Below, piece after piece: positions 1 through 8,238 of a stretch of 64,000 nt of DNA; the first letter of the stretch is position 1, and the number at the start of each line of letters is the position of its first letter. Both the position numbers and the translations under genes were made by a program. A model generated the notes under the pieces. It made no database searches, was not told where the DNA came from, and saw only the letters and a program-made list of their open reading frames with translations. This DNA is from a virus (Duplodnaviria > Caudoviricetes): positions 27,113 through 91,112 of IMG/VR virus record IMGVR_UViG_3300031853_000013; one strand, given 5' to 3'.

Positions 1-10
1 ATTACCTTCT

Positions 11-35
11 ATTATAGGAGTTGAAAAAGATGCGA
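11..35 (-). promoter_or_regulatory. phage promoter motif copy 1 (drives a gene left of the window)
   Basis: minus strand TCGCA-TCTTTTT-CA-ACTCC-TATAAT-AG. Confidence 0.75.
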
Positions 36-41
36 GTATAG

Positions 42-380
42 TTATTTCCACGGTAGATCTTTATCATCAGGTGGTCCAAGATAAGTCTTGACAATCGCCT
101 TCTTAACACTCTTGAGATACGCTACTGTATCACACGTATTCTCAGTAACTTTCATATTGGTAAGAAAGAAATCAAGACTTTCAATACGATCAGTTACCTC
201 GTCGATCATATCGAGGATTCGGTTTACCACCTCAGGATCGTCGAGCCAAAATCCTTGCTGGTAAGTTTCCTCATCAATCGGTATAAATTCTGAAAAATTA
301 TTACAGCAATTACAAGGAAAATCTTTCCCTAGCATTTGATTATACTTGCAAATACATTCGTTACACGTAACTTTAGCCAT
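42..380 (-). CDS. small Cys-rich (CxxC...CxxC) protein, paralog of 1196..1399
   Basis: start MAKVTC after GAGG SD; two CxxC pairs and WxxDP motif. Confidence 0.7.
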   Translation of the reverse strand: MAKVTCNECICKYNQMLGKDFPCNCCNNFSEFIPIDEETYQQGFWLDDPEVVNRILDMIDEVTDRIESLDFFLTNMKVTENTCDTVAYLKSVKKAIVKTYLGPPDDKDLPWK

Positions 381-391
381 AGTTATACCTC

Positions 392-1090
392 TCATGCATA
401 AGCAATATTCTTTGCTTTGTGCTTCCAGTTGTAAGCGCACTGAGTCGTTACTCCAAACATCTCTACCATCTTAGCATTGCCGAGCTTATCATACATGTTC
501 AGAAACGTAATAGCCTCCTGCTTGTTTCTAAACAGCGATTCACGTGTCTTAGCTTTACGATTCTGCAGTCTATATATGAGCTTAGCTTCGGCATCTTCAG
601 GAATCACTTTAGGCTCGACTTTACATGAGCTGGCACTCTTCTCGACGATCTCATTGTCGTTGTTGGTGATTTCTTTCTTTTCCATAGTCTCTCCTTTAAC
701 TTCTTCCGCCGTGTCATTACTGACGAAGCCAAAATATCTTTTTGTTTCCTGCATAATAACCTCGATAGATTCAGGCGAGAACGTATAATAATACTTCGCA
801 AAGAACTTAACATCCTTGGTCTGAATCTGACTGAGAATGATACGGGAAGTAATATCTCCTTTAACAAACACGATATCATGATCAGTGTACTCAGACTTAT
901 TAGCATTTGTTGTAAGCGGTGCACAAGTGATATGTCCACCGTAATGCTTAATAATTACGTACGGTCTGGTTCCATTGATTACCGTGGAGCCTTGATTTCT
1001 CAGTGCACTAGTAATTTCCTGCGGCTCCTCAACCAGCCATACCTGACCAGTAGCGAATGTAGATGTCCCAAGCTTCTTTTCAATACTCAT
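392..1090 (-). CDS. PemK/MazF-like domain protein with C-terminal HTH-like segment
   Basis: GQVWLV...GTRPYVII...CAPLTT...IILSQIQT matches the PemK/MazF pattern; C-terminal MVEMFGVTTQCAYNWK is HTH-like. Confidence 0.6.
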   Translation of the reverse strand: MSIEKKLGTSTFATGQVWLVEEPQEITSALRNQGSTVINGTRPYVIIKHYGGHITCAPLTTNANKSEYTDHDIVFVKGDITSRIILSQIQTKDVKFFAKYYYTFSPESIEVIMQETKRYFGFVSNDTAEEVKGETMEKKEITNNDNEIVEKSASSCKVEPKVIPEDAEAKLIYRLQNRKAKTRESLFRNKQEAITFLNMYDKLGNAKMVEMFGVTTQCAYNWKHKAKNIAYA

Positions 1091-1195
1091 AATAATTTAC
1101 CTCCAAATATAAAATTATTGACAATAGTTAACAATGGTTTCCAATAAAGTAAACAAATTTGAATACTGCTCTTCAATAGGCAACTCGGTAATCGC

Positions 1196-1399
1196 CTAAA
1201 TATTGAGCAATAGTTCCGTTGCGTCTTCACACAAAAGTCTTAATTGGCGTCTAATTTTAGGATCCTCGTGCCAGCTAGATCTTAATATCAATTCTGTCCC
1301 GATAACTGAGGGTGTGAATTTACTGCCGTTAAGGCATTTTTCACATAACACTCCGCCAGTATAAGATTGATATAGACAATCATCGCATAATACCTTCAC
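1196..1399 (-). CDS. small Cys-rich protein, possibly truncated by TAG (frame stays open to TAA at 1115)
   Basis: GTG start after AGGAGG; CDDC/CEKC and WHEDP motif like 42..380. Confidence 0.6.
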   Translation of the reverse strand: MKVLCDDCLYQSYTGGVLCEKCLNGSKFTPSVIGTELILRSSWHEDPKIRRQLRLLCEDATELLLNI

Positions 1400-1416
1400 G
1401 GCTTTGTCCCTCCTTT

Positions 1417-1447
1417 AAAAAGAAAAGAGGAAGGGGCATTACGCCCC
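1417..1447 (-). terminator. intrinsic terminator overlapping the stop codon
   Basis: GGGGCG-TAA-TGCCCC hairpin followed by pyrimidine/U tract; same hairpin at 10718..10732. Confidence 0.65.
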
Positions 1448-1711
1448 CATCTCCTCTATTTCGACTTCTACAGCCGGTTCTTCAACAATAGTCTCTGTCG
1501 GAGTGTCCTCCATGAACTCCGGGTTTGCTGCTGTCATGTCCGTCGGGATCTCCGGTGCAGCGTCAGGTGTCGGATCACCATCGGTCTTCCGGTTCATCAA
1601 GGCCTTAATGCCAGCCTTTGCACCTTCGGATCCGAGAATGGAACCTACTCCTGCAGCCATCGCGGTGATAGCACCAACGGCGACCTTCATAGCAACTTCG
1701 TTCATCTTCAT
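1439..1711 (-). CDS. hypothetical protein (hydrophobic Gly/Ala N-terminus, acidic tail)
   Basis: ORF with AGGAGG SD downstream of promoter copy 2. Confidence 0.75.
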   Translation of the reverse strand: MKMNEVAMKVAVGAITAMAAGVGSILGSEGAKAGIKALMNRKTDGDPTPDAAPEIPTDMTAANPEFMEDTPTETIVEEPAVEVEIEEMGA

Positions 1712-1765
1712 AACATATTCCTCCTTGAAATATTAAAATATTGCTGAGAACTTCCATAGTCCTCT

Positions 1766-1790
1766 ATTATGTAGGCTGTCTATTTTGCGA
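1766..1790 (-). promoter_or_regulatory. phage promoter motif copy 2
   Basis: TCGCA-AAATAGA-CA-GCCTA-CATAAT-AG. Confidence 0.75.
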
Positions 1791-1792
1791 GG

Positions 1793-2023
1793 TTATTCAG
1801 CCAAATCAACGCCACCCTCATAGCACTCGATTTTGTCGCCAAGAACGCTCGTAATGTGCTGCCATGCGCTTTTACCAGGCTGAGAATTGATATCCTCGAT
1901 GACATAGGTGCGGCTATTGAGCATGCCGTTATTGTAGTAGTCTGCCTCAACACCAATATTTCGAAGTCTCGTTGCTACCTCGACTCCTTGTTCAAAGTTT
2001 ACTGTTTTAATAAATCCTTTCAT
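1793..2023 (-). CDS. hypothetical protein
   Basis: ORF with GGAGG SD, operonic with thyX. Confidence 0.7.
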   Translation of the reverse strand: MKGFIKTVNFEQGVEVATRLRNIGVEADYYNNGMLNSRTYVIEDINSQPGKSAWQHITSVLGDKIECYEGGVDLAE

Positions 2024-2029
2024 TATGTA

Positions 2030-2746
2030 TTACCTCCAATTATAAAAGCAGTTAGGCACGTTCATGTATTTTTGTGCCTGCTTATCGTTTGTCATGGTTT
2101 CATAAATATCGTCAAATACCACGGGAATGAGCTCATGCATCTTGACCAACAACGGGCATGTCACTCTATTCATATCAGGATGAGCAGGACCCGTAGTATT
2201 AGCCGCTCTAAGTTTGAAGAAGTGTCGCCACTCTCTGTAATTACCGGTAACGACAATTTCTGTTTTCACACAGTTTGGAAGTACCGCTCTGCATTCTTGT
2301 GGCGTATGACCGCTATCTCTAAGATAATAGTATGCTGACGCCGCGCTCGTGAGATATTCATCAAACACCTTTTGGTCGTTAAAAGAGGCGTCGTTGTACC
2401 AGAAAGGTCTAATGAATATCAATCCTCCAGCTTTTCCGCCATCATTGTAATCCACGTATCTGGTGCTCTCCTGTGCATACGAGAAATGTCTATGTCGAAC
2501 AATCTCATGTGATACTCCTCTATCAGTTTCAAAGCGAACCGATAACATCGAGTGTTCGAGCATAGCTTCATGTCCACGTTTGATAAGACCTCTAACGAAT
2601 CTCTTTGAAATCTCAGGATCGTTATTCGGATTTGCAGCCTCAGACTTGTAGCAGGTTCTCGCAGCTTCCTCAATAAGTGAGTATTCGTTGCCCTTGATCG
2701 GGGTAAGAATGTCTGTATGTGGATCAATAATCATGTGTGCTCCCAT
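2030..2746 (-). CDS. thyX: FAD-dependent thymidylate synthase
   Basis: ThyX signature RHRxxSxxQESTRY, plus GHEAMLEH and NYREWRHF; start moved to MGAH after GGAGG. Confidence 0.95.
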   Translation of the reverse strand: MGAHMIIDPHTDILTPIKGNEYSLIEEAARTCYKSEAANPNNDPEISKRFVRGLIKRGHEAMLEHSMLSVRFETDRGVSHEIVRHRHFSYAQESTRYVDYNDGGKAGGLIFIRPFWYNDASFNDQKVFDEYLTSAASAYYYLRDSGHTPQECRAVLPNCVKTEIVVTGNYREWRHFFKLRAANTTGPAHPDMNRVTCPLLVKMHELIPVVFDDIYETMTNDKQAQKYMNVPNCFYNWR

Positions 2747-2747
2747 T

Positions 2748-3095
2748 TTAGTTTTCCTCCTTGAATTCAATATTAAGTCTACCACAATGAGGGCAGTATT
2801 TTGTAAATTCCTTTAAATCAGCACCACAAGCACAGCACTCGAACATGCCTGGTTCGTCAACATGATCTATAATGTGTGTAATTGCTACAGACTTGACACC
2901 AGTCTCAAACTCTTGAAATACAGCATCGCCGAGATTACGAAGATTAATATATCTATGAAACAGATTCCGAAGTGCCTCTACATGATCAGTAGTTAGACTC
3001 TCATTCGTAAGCTCATTTTCATAGAGTATTTTGTGAAGCTCTCCGGAAAATGTAGCCTCGATAGCCTGTTCATACAGTTCCTTGAAGTCTTTCAT
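2748..3095 (-). CDS. hypothetical protein with C-terminal zinc ribbon
   Basis: CCACG...YCPHCG. Confidence 0.7.
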   Translation of the reverse strand: MKDFKELYEQAIEATFSGELHKILYENELTNESLTTDHVEALRNLFHRYINLRNLGDAVFQEFETGVKSVAITHIIDHVDEPGMFECCACGADLKEFTKYCPHCGRLNIEFKEEN

Positions 3096-3111
3096 TTTAG
3101 GTTAACCTCCT

Positions 3112-3489
3112 TTAACCGTGCTGAACACATGAGCCTTTTGCAGCTTCCTTAGATATCTCGACCAACGCCTTCCGATCAGCGTTAATCTCATCTGCGGCTG
3201 CTCCAATCCATTCGTTAACCGCCTCTTCATTTTCGTTTATCACAAGATCAACCATCGAAATATCTCGGTTCTGACACTCGTCCCATTTCTCAATCATTCG
3301 GTCAAGATACCAACGAGCTTTCTCGAGATCCTCCTTTCCATTTTTGCGAGGCGCTCGGGAGACGTATTTAATTACGTTCCCAAAGTTAAATATCAATGCT
3401 TCGGGATAGTTTTTAGAGTATTCCTCGATATAGTCGATAACCTCGATCTTACCCTGATAGTGATTCGGATGGTTCACTTTCTCAGCCAT
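3112..3489 (-). CDS. DUF3310-family protein (T7 gp1.7-like nucleotide kinase domain)
   Basis: VNHPNHY...EVIDYI...GNVIKYVSRAPRKNGKEDLEKARWYL. Confidence 0.85.
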   Translation of the reverse strand: MAEKVNHPNHYQGKIEVIDYIEEYSKNYPEALIFNFGNVIKYVSRAPRKNGKEDLEKARWYLDRMIEKWDECQNRDISMVDLVINENEEAVNEWIGAAADEINADRKALVEISKEAAKGSCVQHG

Positions 3490-3709
3490 TGTTTTCTTCC
3501 TCCTTTAAGTGTTTTATGTAGCATTCAGGATGATAGAACATTTGATCGGTCGTACACACATAGTCATCATCCTTGAAATGAATAATTCCTCCGCATTCAT
3601 GACATGCAGCTTCATGGTTGCATTTAGCATCAAGTGTCCCAAGAATACCTATTAATATACTAAATATCAATAGGAATATGGCCGGTCCGATTACTTCGTT
3701 ATGTTTCAT
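3482..3709 (-). CDS. small membrane-anchored Cys/His protein
   Basis: N-terminal TM helix then CHEC...HPEC; GGAGG SD. Confidence 0.6.
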   Translation of the reverse strand: MKHNEVIGPAIFLLIFSILIGILGTLDAKCNHEAACHECGGIIHFKDDDYVCTTDQMFYHPECYIKHLKEEENNG

Positions 3710-3917
3710 TTGCTTCCTCCAGCCATTTGTTAAACTCTCTACAGCAGTCAATGCAGAGATCATATGTTTTCTTATAATAGTAGCCATCCTTCGAGTTATA
3801 ACTCCCTTGAACTACTGTATGAAAGCCGAGAACGTTGGTAAGTTCGCTGTTCCACGCCTTCACGTCATAATACTCAAACAACCGACCACATCGATCACAT
3901 TTTACAGCTTTAGCCAT
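3699..3917 (-). CDS. small zinc-binding protein
   Basis: KCDRCG...DLCIDC. Confidence 0.7.
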   Translation of the reverse strand: MAKAVKCDRCGRLFEYYDVKAWNSELTNVLGFHTVVQGSYNSKDGYYYKKTYDLCIDCCREFNKWLEEANET

Positions 3918-4203
3918 TAGTTGTTGTCCTCCTTTCTATCCTTGACATCTGACGATTCTGTTTGAGGTTAATCCAGGCCTGAATCTTAGTATCGTCAAGA
4001 TCATAAATATAATGAAGATTAGAGACCGCGATGAGTACATCAGCGATCTCTTCCTCCATATGTGAACGATTCTCGGTGCCCCGAAGTTGCTTCGACACAC
4101 ATTGAATTAACTCAGCACATTCCTCAGTAGCATTAGTTGCTGTATCTACCTCCCCGAAATAATCACAGGAGGTTTTGATGAGTTCTTTATTAACATTTAT
4201 CAT
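3910..4203 (-). CDS. MazG-like nucleotide pyrophosphohydrolase
   Basis: EECAEL...EEIADV motif. Confidence 0.8.
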   Translation of the reverse strand: MINVNKELIKTSCDYFGEVDTATNATEECAELIQCVSKQLRGTENRSHMEEEIADVLIAVSNLHYIYDLDDTKIQAWINLKQNRQMSRIERRTTTNG

Positions 4204-4208
4204 ACAGT

Positions 4209-5000
4209 TTACTCCTTGACCAAATCGTGAGGTGGCACGTTTGTGATGAACCAAGTATCTCCAAGCTTGTCGTTATCATAAGCCATATTGTAAGGTGCAA
4301 TATCGTCAACACTATCCCATCCGTAGTTGTCAGAAACCTTAAAATACTTGCTTCCGTTACCATGGATCATATGGTATACATCGTTCACGGTCAAACATCT
4401 TTTAGTTTCAAACGTCTTAATAGCTTCTCCGGCAATATGATAGGCGAGTGAACGCGATGGAATCTCAAGATACTGGCTGAAAGCTGTCGGTAAGATTCGA
4501 TCATTATCGCTTCGGAACTGTCTGAGATCTCTGGCTAACGGCAGACCCTCGATGTAATACTTATCTTCATCTGTTCGCACAACCAAATTACAAATATCCA
4601 TGTAATTATACCCGTAGTCAATCATACGATACGGAATGTTCGACATGATTGTTCCATCTTGATCATACTCGATAGCGTCGGACAGAATGTCATAAATATC
4701 AAGCTCGGTTACTACTCCAGAATCTTCAGCGACTTCAGTGATACGCTGCTGTACATACTTGGCCATCAGATACGAATTGAAATGAACGTCTGACAGGATA
4801 GATACCACCTTGATTTTACTGGTGTCGACCTCGGCAACGTTGCTAACATACTCTACGTCAGACGGTTTTGGTTCAGACTTAAACACGTTCTTAACCGATT
4901 CCTTGACATCGGTGATCTTCGATTTATCAACGTATTTGTCATATACGTGATAAGCGGCTACACCAAGGCCCAGTACTGCCAGTCCAATAAGTTTACTCAT
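4209..5000 (-). CDS. membrane-anchored protein with two copies of the 'VxDxY...(Y/W)GW...P' domain
   Basis: N-terminal TM; domain shared with 6845..7375, 7622..8158, 8239..8907. Confidence 0.7.
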   Translation of the reverse strand: MSKLIGLAVLGLGVAAYHVYDKYVDKSKITDVKESVKNVFKSEPKPSDVEYVSNVAEVDTSKIKVVSILSDVHFNSYLMAKYVQQRITEVAEDSGVVTELDIYDILSDAIEYDQDGTIMSNIPYRMIDYGYNYMDICNLVVRTDEDKYYIEGLPLARDLRQFRSDNDRILPTAFSQYLEIPSRSLAYHIAGEAIKTFETKRCLTVNDVYHMIHGNGSKYFKVSDNYGWDSVDDIAPYNMAYDNDKLGDTWFITNVPPHDLVKE

Positions 5001-5625
5001 AATTATTCTCCTTTAAATCAATATATTTCTGAACATCGAGGTTATAAAGTTTCAGAGCCTCGATTAATTCATCTAAGCATTTCGGTCCGAAACACCTAAT
5101 TTCCATGAGATGTTTGGGATCAGTCTCGTAAAGCTGCTTTAAATCCTCAATACCATCGCGAGTTAAGCAATGATACAGTCGAACAGATAGATTCATTTCT
5201 TTGACCGAAGGATTCTCAAATGCACTTTGCTTATGCTCAATGCAATCGTGGTAGCCGTTCAAGTAGCCCTCCCGATAAGCTACATTCGCACGTTCTCCGG
5301 ACCTTACTTCAAAGAACATCATAGGCCCTTTAAATACAATAGCACTATTACTAGGTCGTCTAAAAAATCTAGCCACATGTGATAAAATCTGCTGTACTCT
5401 AGCACTGCTGCGGTCGATTGCATCACCAACTTCTTTCTGGGTTTTGTTATCGCGGTAGTAAAGATTAATTACATCTTGACTACGGTCGTCCATCGTTGAC
5501 ATGACGTAATAAAACCCTGCCAAAGTGTTGACGCTCGTGTGTTCTTCAGCCTCCTTTTCAGTCCAAGCATACACAACCGACAAGAAATTATACGGATAAG
5601 GATAATCCGGTTTCTTAGTTCTCAT
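4993..5625 (-). CDS. sigma70 region-4 HTH fused to an RNA polymerase alpha-CTD-like domain
   Basis: KTQKEVGDAIDRSSARVQQI (region 4) and EMNLSVRLYHCL...IRCFGPKCLDEL (alpha-CTD HhH). Confidence 0.8.
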   Translation of the reverse strand: MRTKKPDYPYPYNFLSVVYAWTEKEAEEHTSVNTLAGFYYVMSTMDDRSQDVINLYYRDNKTQKEVGDAIDRSSARVQQILSHVARFFRRPSNSAIVFKGPMMFFEVRSGERANVAYREGYLNGYHDCIEHKQSAFENPSVKEMNLSVRLYHCLTRDGIEDLKQLYETDPKHLMEIRCFGPKCLDELIEALKLYNLDVQKYIDLKENNYE

Positions 5626-5647
5626 AGTCTTCGTCCTCCTTTAATTT

Positions 5648-5758
5648 TTACCATAAAAAGTGTCCCATTAAAATACCTATTACAAACGGCGCTCCAAAAA
5701 GAATAGCATAAGCAATAGCCGCGACTACGCAGCCTGGCCTGTCTTGATTGTTATTCAT
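5648..5758 (-). CDS. 36-aa hydrophobic peptide (not in ORF track)
   Basis: MNNNQDRPGCVVAAIAYAILFGAPFVIGILMGHFLW; ATGA overlap with upstream stop. Confidence 0.55.
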   Translation of the reverse strand: MNNNQDRPGCVVAAIAYAILFGAPFVIGILMGHFLW

Positions 5759-6054
5759 ATCTTGAGCACCTCGTAATCAACACCTTCCTTTAATTCAGAT
5801 AGCATCTTCTTAAATACAGGGTCAGAATAAGATGTGTGTTCTGACCAGTTGTACCATCGATGATCGAGAGTTCTTTCATACACATCAGAATGAAAAGTGT
5901 CGATCCTGATACGTACATTGAGAGCTCCCTTTAACAACTTATCTAGTTTACTAGAAGACTTATCATCCAGCGAATAGTCCTCACGCTCGATAATAGACTC
6001 GATTGTTCTTGTTACATTATCATCGTTGTAATCAGCGTATGTTCTAAAGCTCAT
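5755..6054 (-). CDS. hypothetical protein
   Basis: ORF with GGGGAG SD. Confidence 0.65.
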   Translation of the reverse strand: MSFRTYADYNDDNVTRTIESIIEREDYSLDDKSSSKLDKLLKGALNVRIRIDTFHSDVYERTLDHRWYNWSEHTSYSDPVFKKMLSELKEGVDYEVLKI

Positions 6055-6081
6055 TGGTTTCTCCCCTTGAAATTGCTGTTT

Positions 6082-6216
6082 TTATTTGCGAATTATAAGA
6101 GACGCGATCTGTACGCAGCCATTTACCACACAGCTAACCATAAGCAGGGCAATGATCGGATGGTCATCAACGAATCTGTACAGCTTATCATCGGTCTTTT
6201 CCGGAATAGTGGTCAT
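6082..6216 (-). CDS. 44-aa hydrophobic peptide (not in ORF track)
   Basis: MTTIPEKTDDKLYRFVDDHPIIALLMVSCVVNGCVQIASLIIRK; AAGGAGG SD. Confidence 0.6.
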   Translation of the reverse strand: MTTIPEKTDDKLYRFVDDHPIIALLMVSCVVNGCVQIASLIIRK

Positions 6217-6251
6217 AGTTATTTCCTCCTTTGAAAATATAAAAAGAAAAA

Positions 6252-6366
6252 ATGGAAACACAGCTTTGCGGTCTTCGAACCCGCGTCTCCTTCACAACAT
6301 AGTCGTAAAGGCGCATTACCTTTATGCTATTTTGTTACCCGTAATCTCGGGTCGCTGTGTCTCCAT
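6252..6366 (-). ncRNA. tRNA-like RNA 1 (no CCA, 13-bp closing stem, extended anticodon-type arm)
   Basis: D-like GCAT-AAAGGTA-ATGC, 10-bp arm CCTTTACGAC-TAT-GTTGTGAAGG, T-arm GCGG-GTTCGAAGA-CCGC, closing ATGGAGACACAGC/GCTGTGTTTCCAT then U-tract; directly after promoter copy 3. Confidence 0.7.
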
Positions 6367-6571
6367 CATTATAGGACTTGCATAGTTTGCGAATCACTAT
6401 TTGTACGGACAGCTCTTCAAGCTCAGCTACTCTACGTGCTTGTTCGATATTATAGTGCCCCACGATATCATAGACAGTCGTTTCGTTGACCGCCTTTAAC
6501 ATAGAGTCGTTAAGATTCTCCGCGACATCTCGAATATCATTCGAATTCAGTATCTTCATCGTCGCTATCAT
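6335..6571 (-). CDS. hypothetical protein (3' end overlaps promoter 3 and the ncRNA 5' end)
   Basis: ORF with GAGGAG SD. Confidence 0.5.
   Translation of the reverse strand: MIATMKILNSNDIRDVAENLNDSMLKAVNETTVYDIVGHYNIEQARRVAELEELSVQIVIRKLCKSYNDGDTATRDYG
6368..6392 (-). promoter_or_regulatory. phage promoter motif copy 3
   Basis: TCGCA-AACTATG-CA-AGTCC-TATAAT-GA. Confidence 0.75.
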
Positions 6572-6839
6572 GCTCCTCTCGGGTTAGATCCCATCTATCA
6601 GAGTAGTCAGTAACTCGGTCCAGATAATAGTCAACGGGAATGTAGTCATCACCATACTCATTAGCATCTTCAGCATTCCATCGCAAGCACAACGACACAT
6701 CATCGGGGTCGATGTCCTCTTCGTGACAGAATGTGTCAAATAATGCTACGGCTTCGTCAACGGTTTTAGCACAGAATTCGGTCTCATCTTGTTTATCATC
6801 ATCTATCCATTCGAAGTGATAGGTTTTAATGAATGCCAT
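6537..6839 (-). CDS. highly acidic hypothetical protein
   Basis: ORF with GGAGG SD; very D/E-rich. Confidence 0.7.
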   Translation of the reverse strand: MAFIKTYHFEWIDDDKQDETEFCAKTVDEAVALFDTFCHEEDIDPDDVSLCLRWNAEDANEYGDDYIPVDYYLDRVTDYSDRWDLTREEHDSDDEDTEFE

Positions 6840-6844
6840 TTTGA

Positions 6845-7375
6845 TTACGCCTCCGTTAAGTATTCTGGTGCTGGTAGTGTTAGCGTACAGAAATGGTTCG
6901 GTATGAATGTTTCCATTATAGAGCTATCATACGAGCCGTCTTCATCGATTAGGCATGACAAGTCAGTCCACCCGATTAAATGAGTGTCATCAGTGTCGTC
7001 AAACCTTATGGGTTTTCCAACTATAGTAGAACAAACATGGAATGCTTGATTTACGGTCACATGATTGGCACATCTAATGATCGTTCTAAGTTTGTCAATA
7101 AATTCTATTGTCTGATCTCGATTTCCAAAATAAAAAATCATTTTGTTTAACTCAGATTTATTTTCGCTCGGCTCATTTTTGTAAGCATCTGAAACGTCAC
7201 ATTCATATATGATAATAAACCCTTGCTTATTGTGTACGTTGTCGACTGTTGTCTCAATGACATTCTTTATAGAATATCCACAATCATTGATGGAATCTAT
7301 ACGGTCTCGTAATTCACTTCCAACCTCACGAGATGATACAATTTGCTGAACCAATTCAGTTCTCATAGTTTTCAT
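6845..7375 (-). CDS. hypothetical protein with a 'GWxDL...LP' family domain
   Basis: HVTVNQAF...IGWTDL...LTLPAP. Confidence 0.7.
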   Translation of the reverse strand: MKTMRTELVQQIVSSREVGSELRDRIDSINDCGYSIKNVIETTVDNVHNKQGFIIIYECDVSDAYKNEPSENKSELNKMIFYFGNRDQTIEFIDKLRTIIRCANHVTVNQAFHVCSTIVGKPIRFDDTDDTHLIGWTDLSCLIDEDGSYDSSIMETFIPNHFCTLTLPAPEYLTEA

Positions 7376-7399
7376 AATTAATTGCCTCCAAATATAAAA

Positions 7400-7600
7400 T
7401 TATTGTCTTATTCTTATGCCGTAATACTTATCATACATCGCGTCTAAGAATCCGTCATCAGGTTCCTTCCCGTCAATAATATCGAGAACTGTGTGGAGTT
7501 CTATAGGCATTGCTCCATTAAGTCTCATACTATATAGTAAGGTATTAACGGGGGAACCAGATAAATAAGATCTAATTACACCATCCGTCATTTCTTGCAT
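7400..7600 (-). CDS. hypothetical protein
   Basis: ORF in operon position. Confidence 0.55.
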   Translation of the reverse strand: MQEMTDGVIRSYLSGSPVNTLLYSMRLNGAMPIELHTVLDIIDGKEPDDGFLDAMYDKYYGIRIRQ

Positions 7601-7621
7601 TTTAATAACAATTTACCTCCT

Positions 7622-8158
7622 TTACTGAAGCACGGCGGGTTTTGGGAGAACTACCCTCCACGAACCGCTGTCTCTGACAATTACATCAGAAGGATTGTTA
7701 GGAAGACTCAACCATCCTAATTTGTAATCGTAGAAGGTGGGTGTATAGTCGATAGTATCATATGTCTTCTCATATTCGTCGACGACATCTCCTACAGCTA
7801 TTTCTCCGTATTCCGAAACACGATAAATAAGCGTATTACAAAAATTCGCGGCCTCTTCATATGTGTCAAATACCAAACTATGTAATACAGAAGCCGCCTT
7901 ATTGAGAGTCTTATAATCAACATATGGTGCTCTCTTTACATTCTCAGTAAATATCATGTCATAAACACGATCATACACTGCTCTATATCCGTCAGCTACT
8001 TCAGGCGCCAACTCACAATCATCCTTGATATACATCGATAAATTATGAAGAGCGGCTATGTCAGTCTTTTCAACATCAGGAGCCAGATTCACCAGCTCGA
8101 TAAAAGCATCCATATACTTAACCATAGCTTCTTTCTGTACATTACTAAACATACTCAT
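7622..8158 (-). CDS. hypothetical protein with a 'GW...W...LPKP' family domain
   Basis: YGEIAVGDVVD...DYKLGWLSL...WRVVLPKP. Confidence 0.75.
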   Translation of the reverse strand: MSMFSNVQKEAMVKYMDAFIELVNLAPDVEKTDIAALHNLSMYIKDDCELAPEVADGYRAVYDRVYDMIFTENVKRAPYVDYKTLNKAASVLHSLVFDTYEEAANFCNTLIYRVSEYGEIAVGDVVDEYEKTYDTIDYTPTFYDYKLGWLSLPNNPSDVIVRDSGSWRVVLPKPAVLQ

Positions 8159-8238
8159 AACTAATTACCTCCAAATTTTATTTAAATATAAAAATTCTGG
8201 GAAGTCCTATGCTTAGAACTCCCCAGACTCAGACTTAC

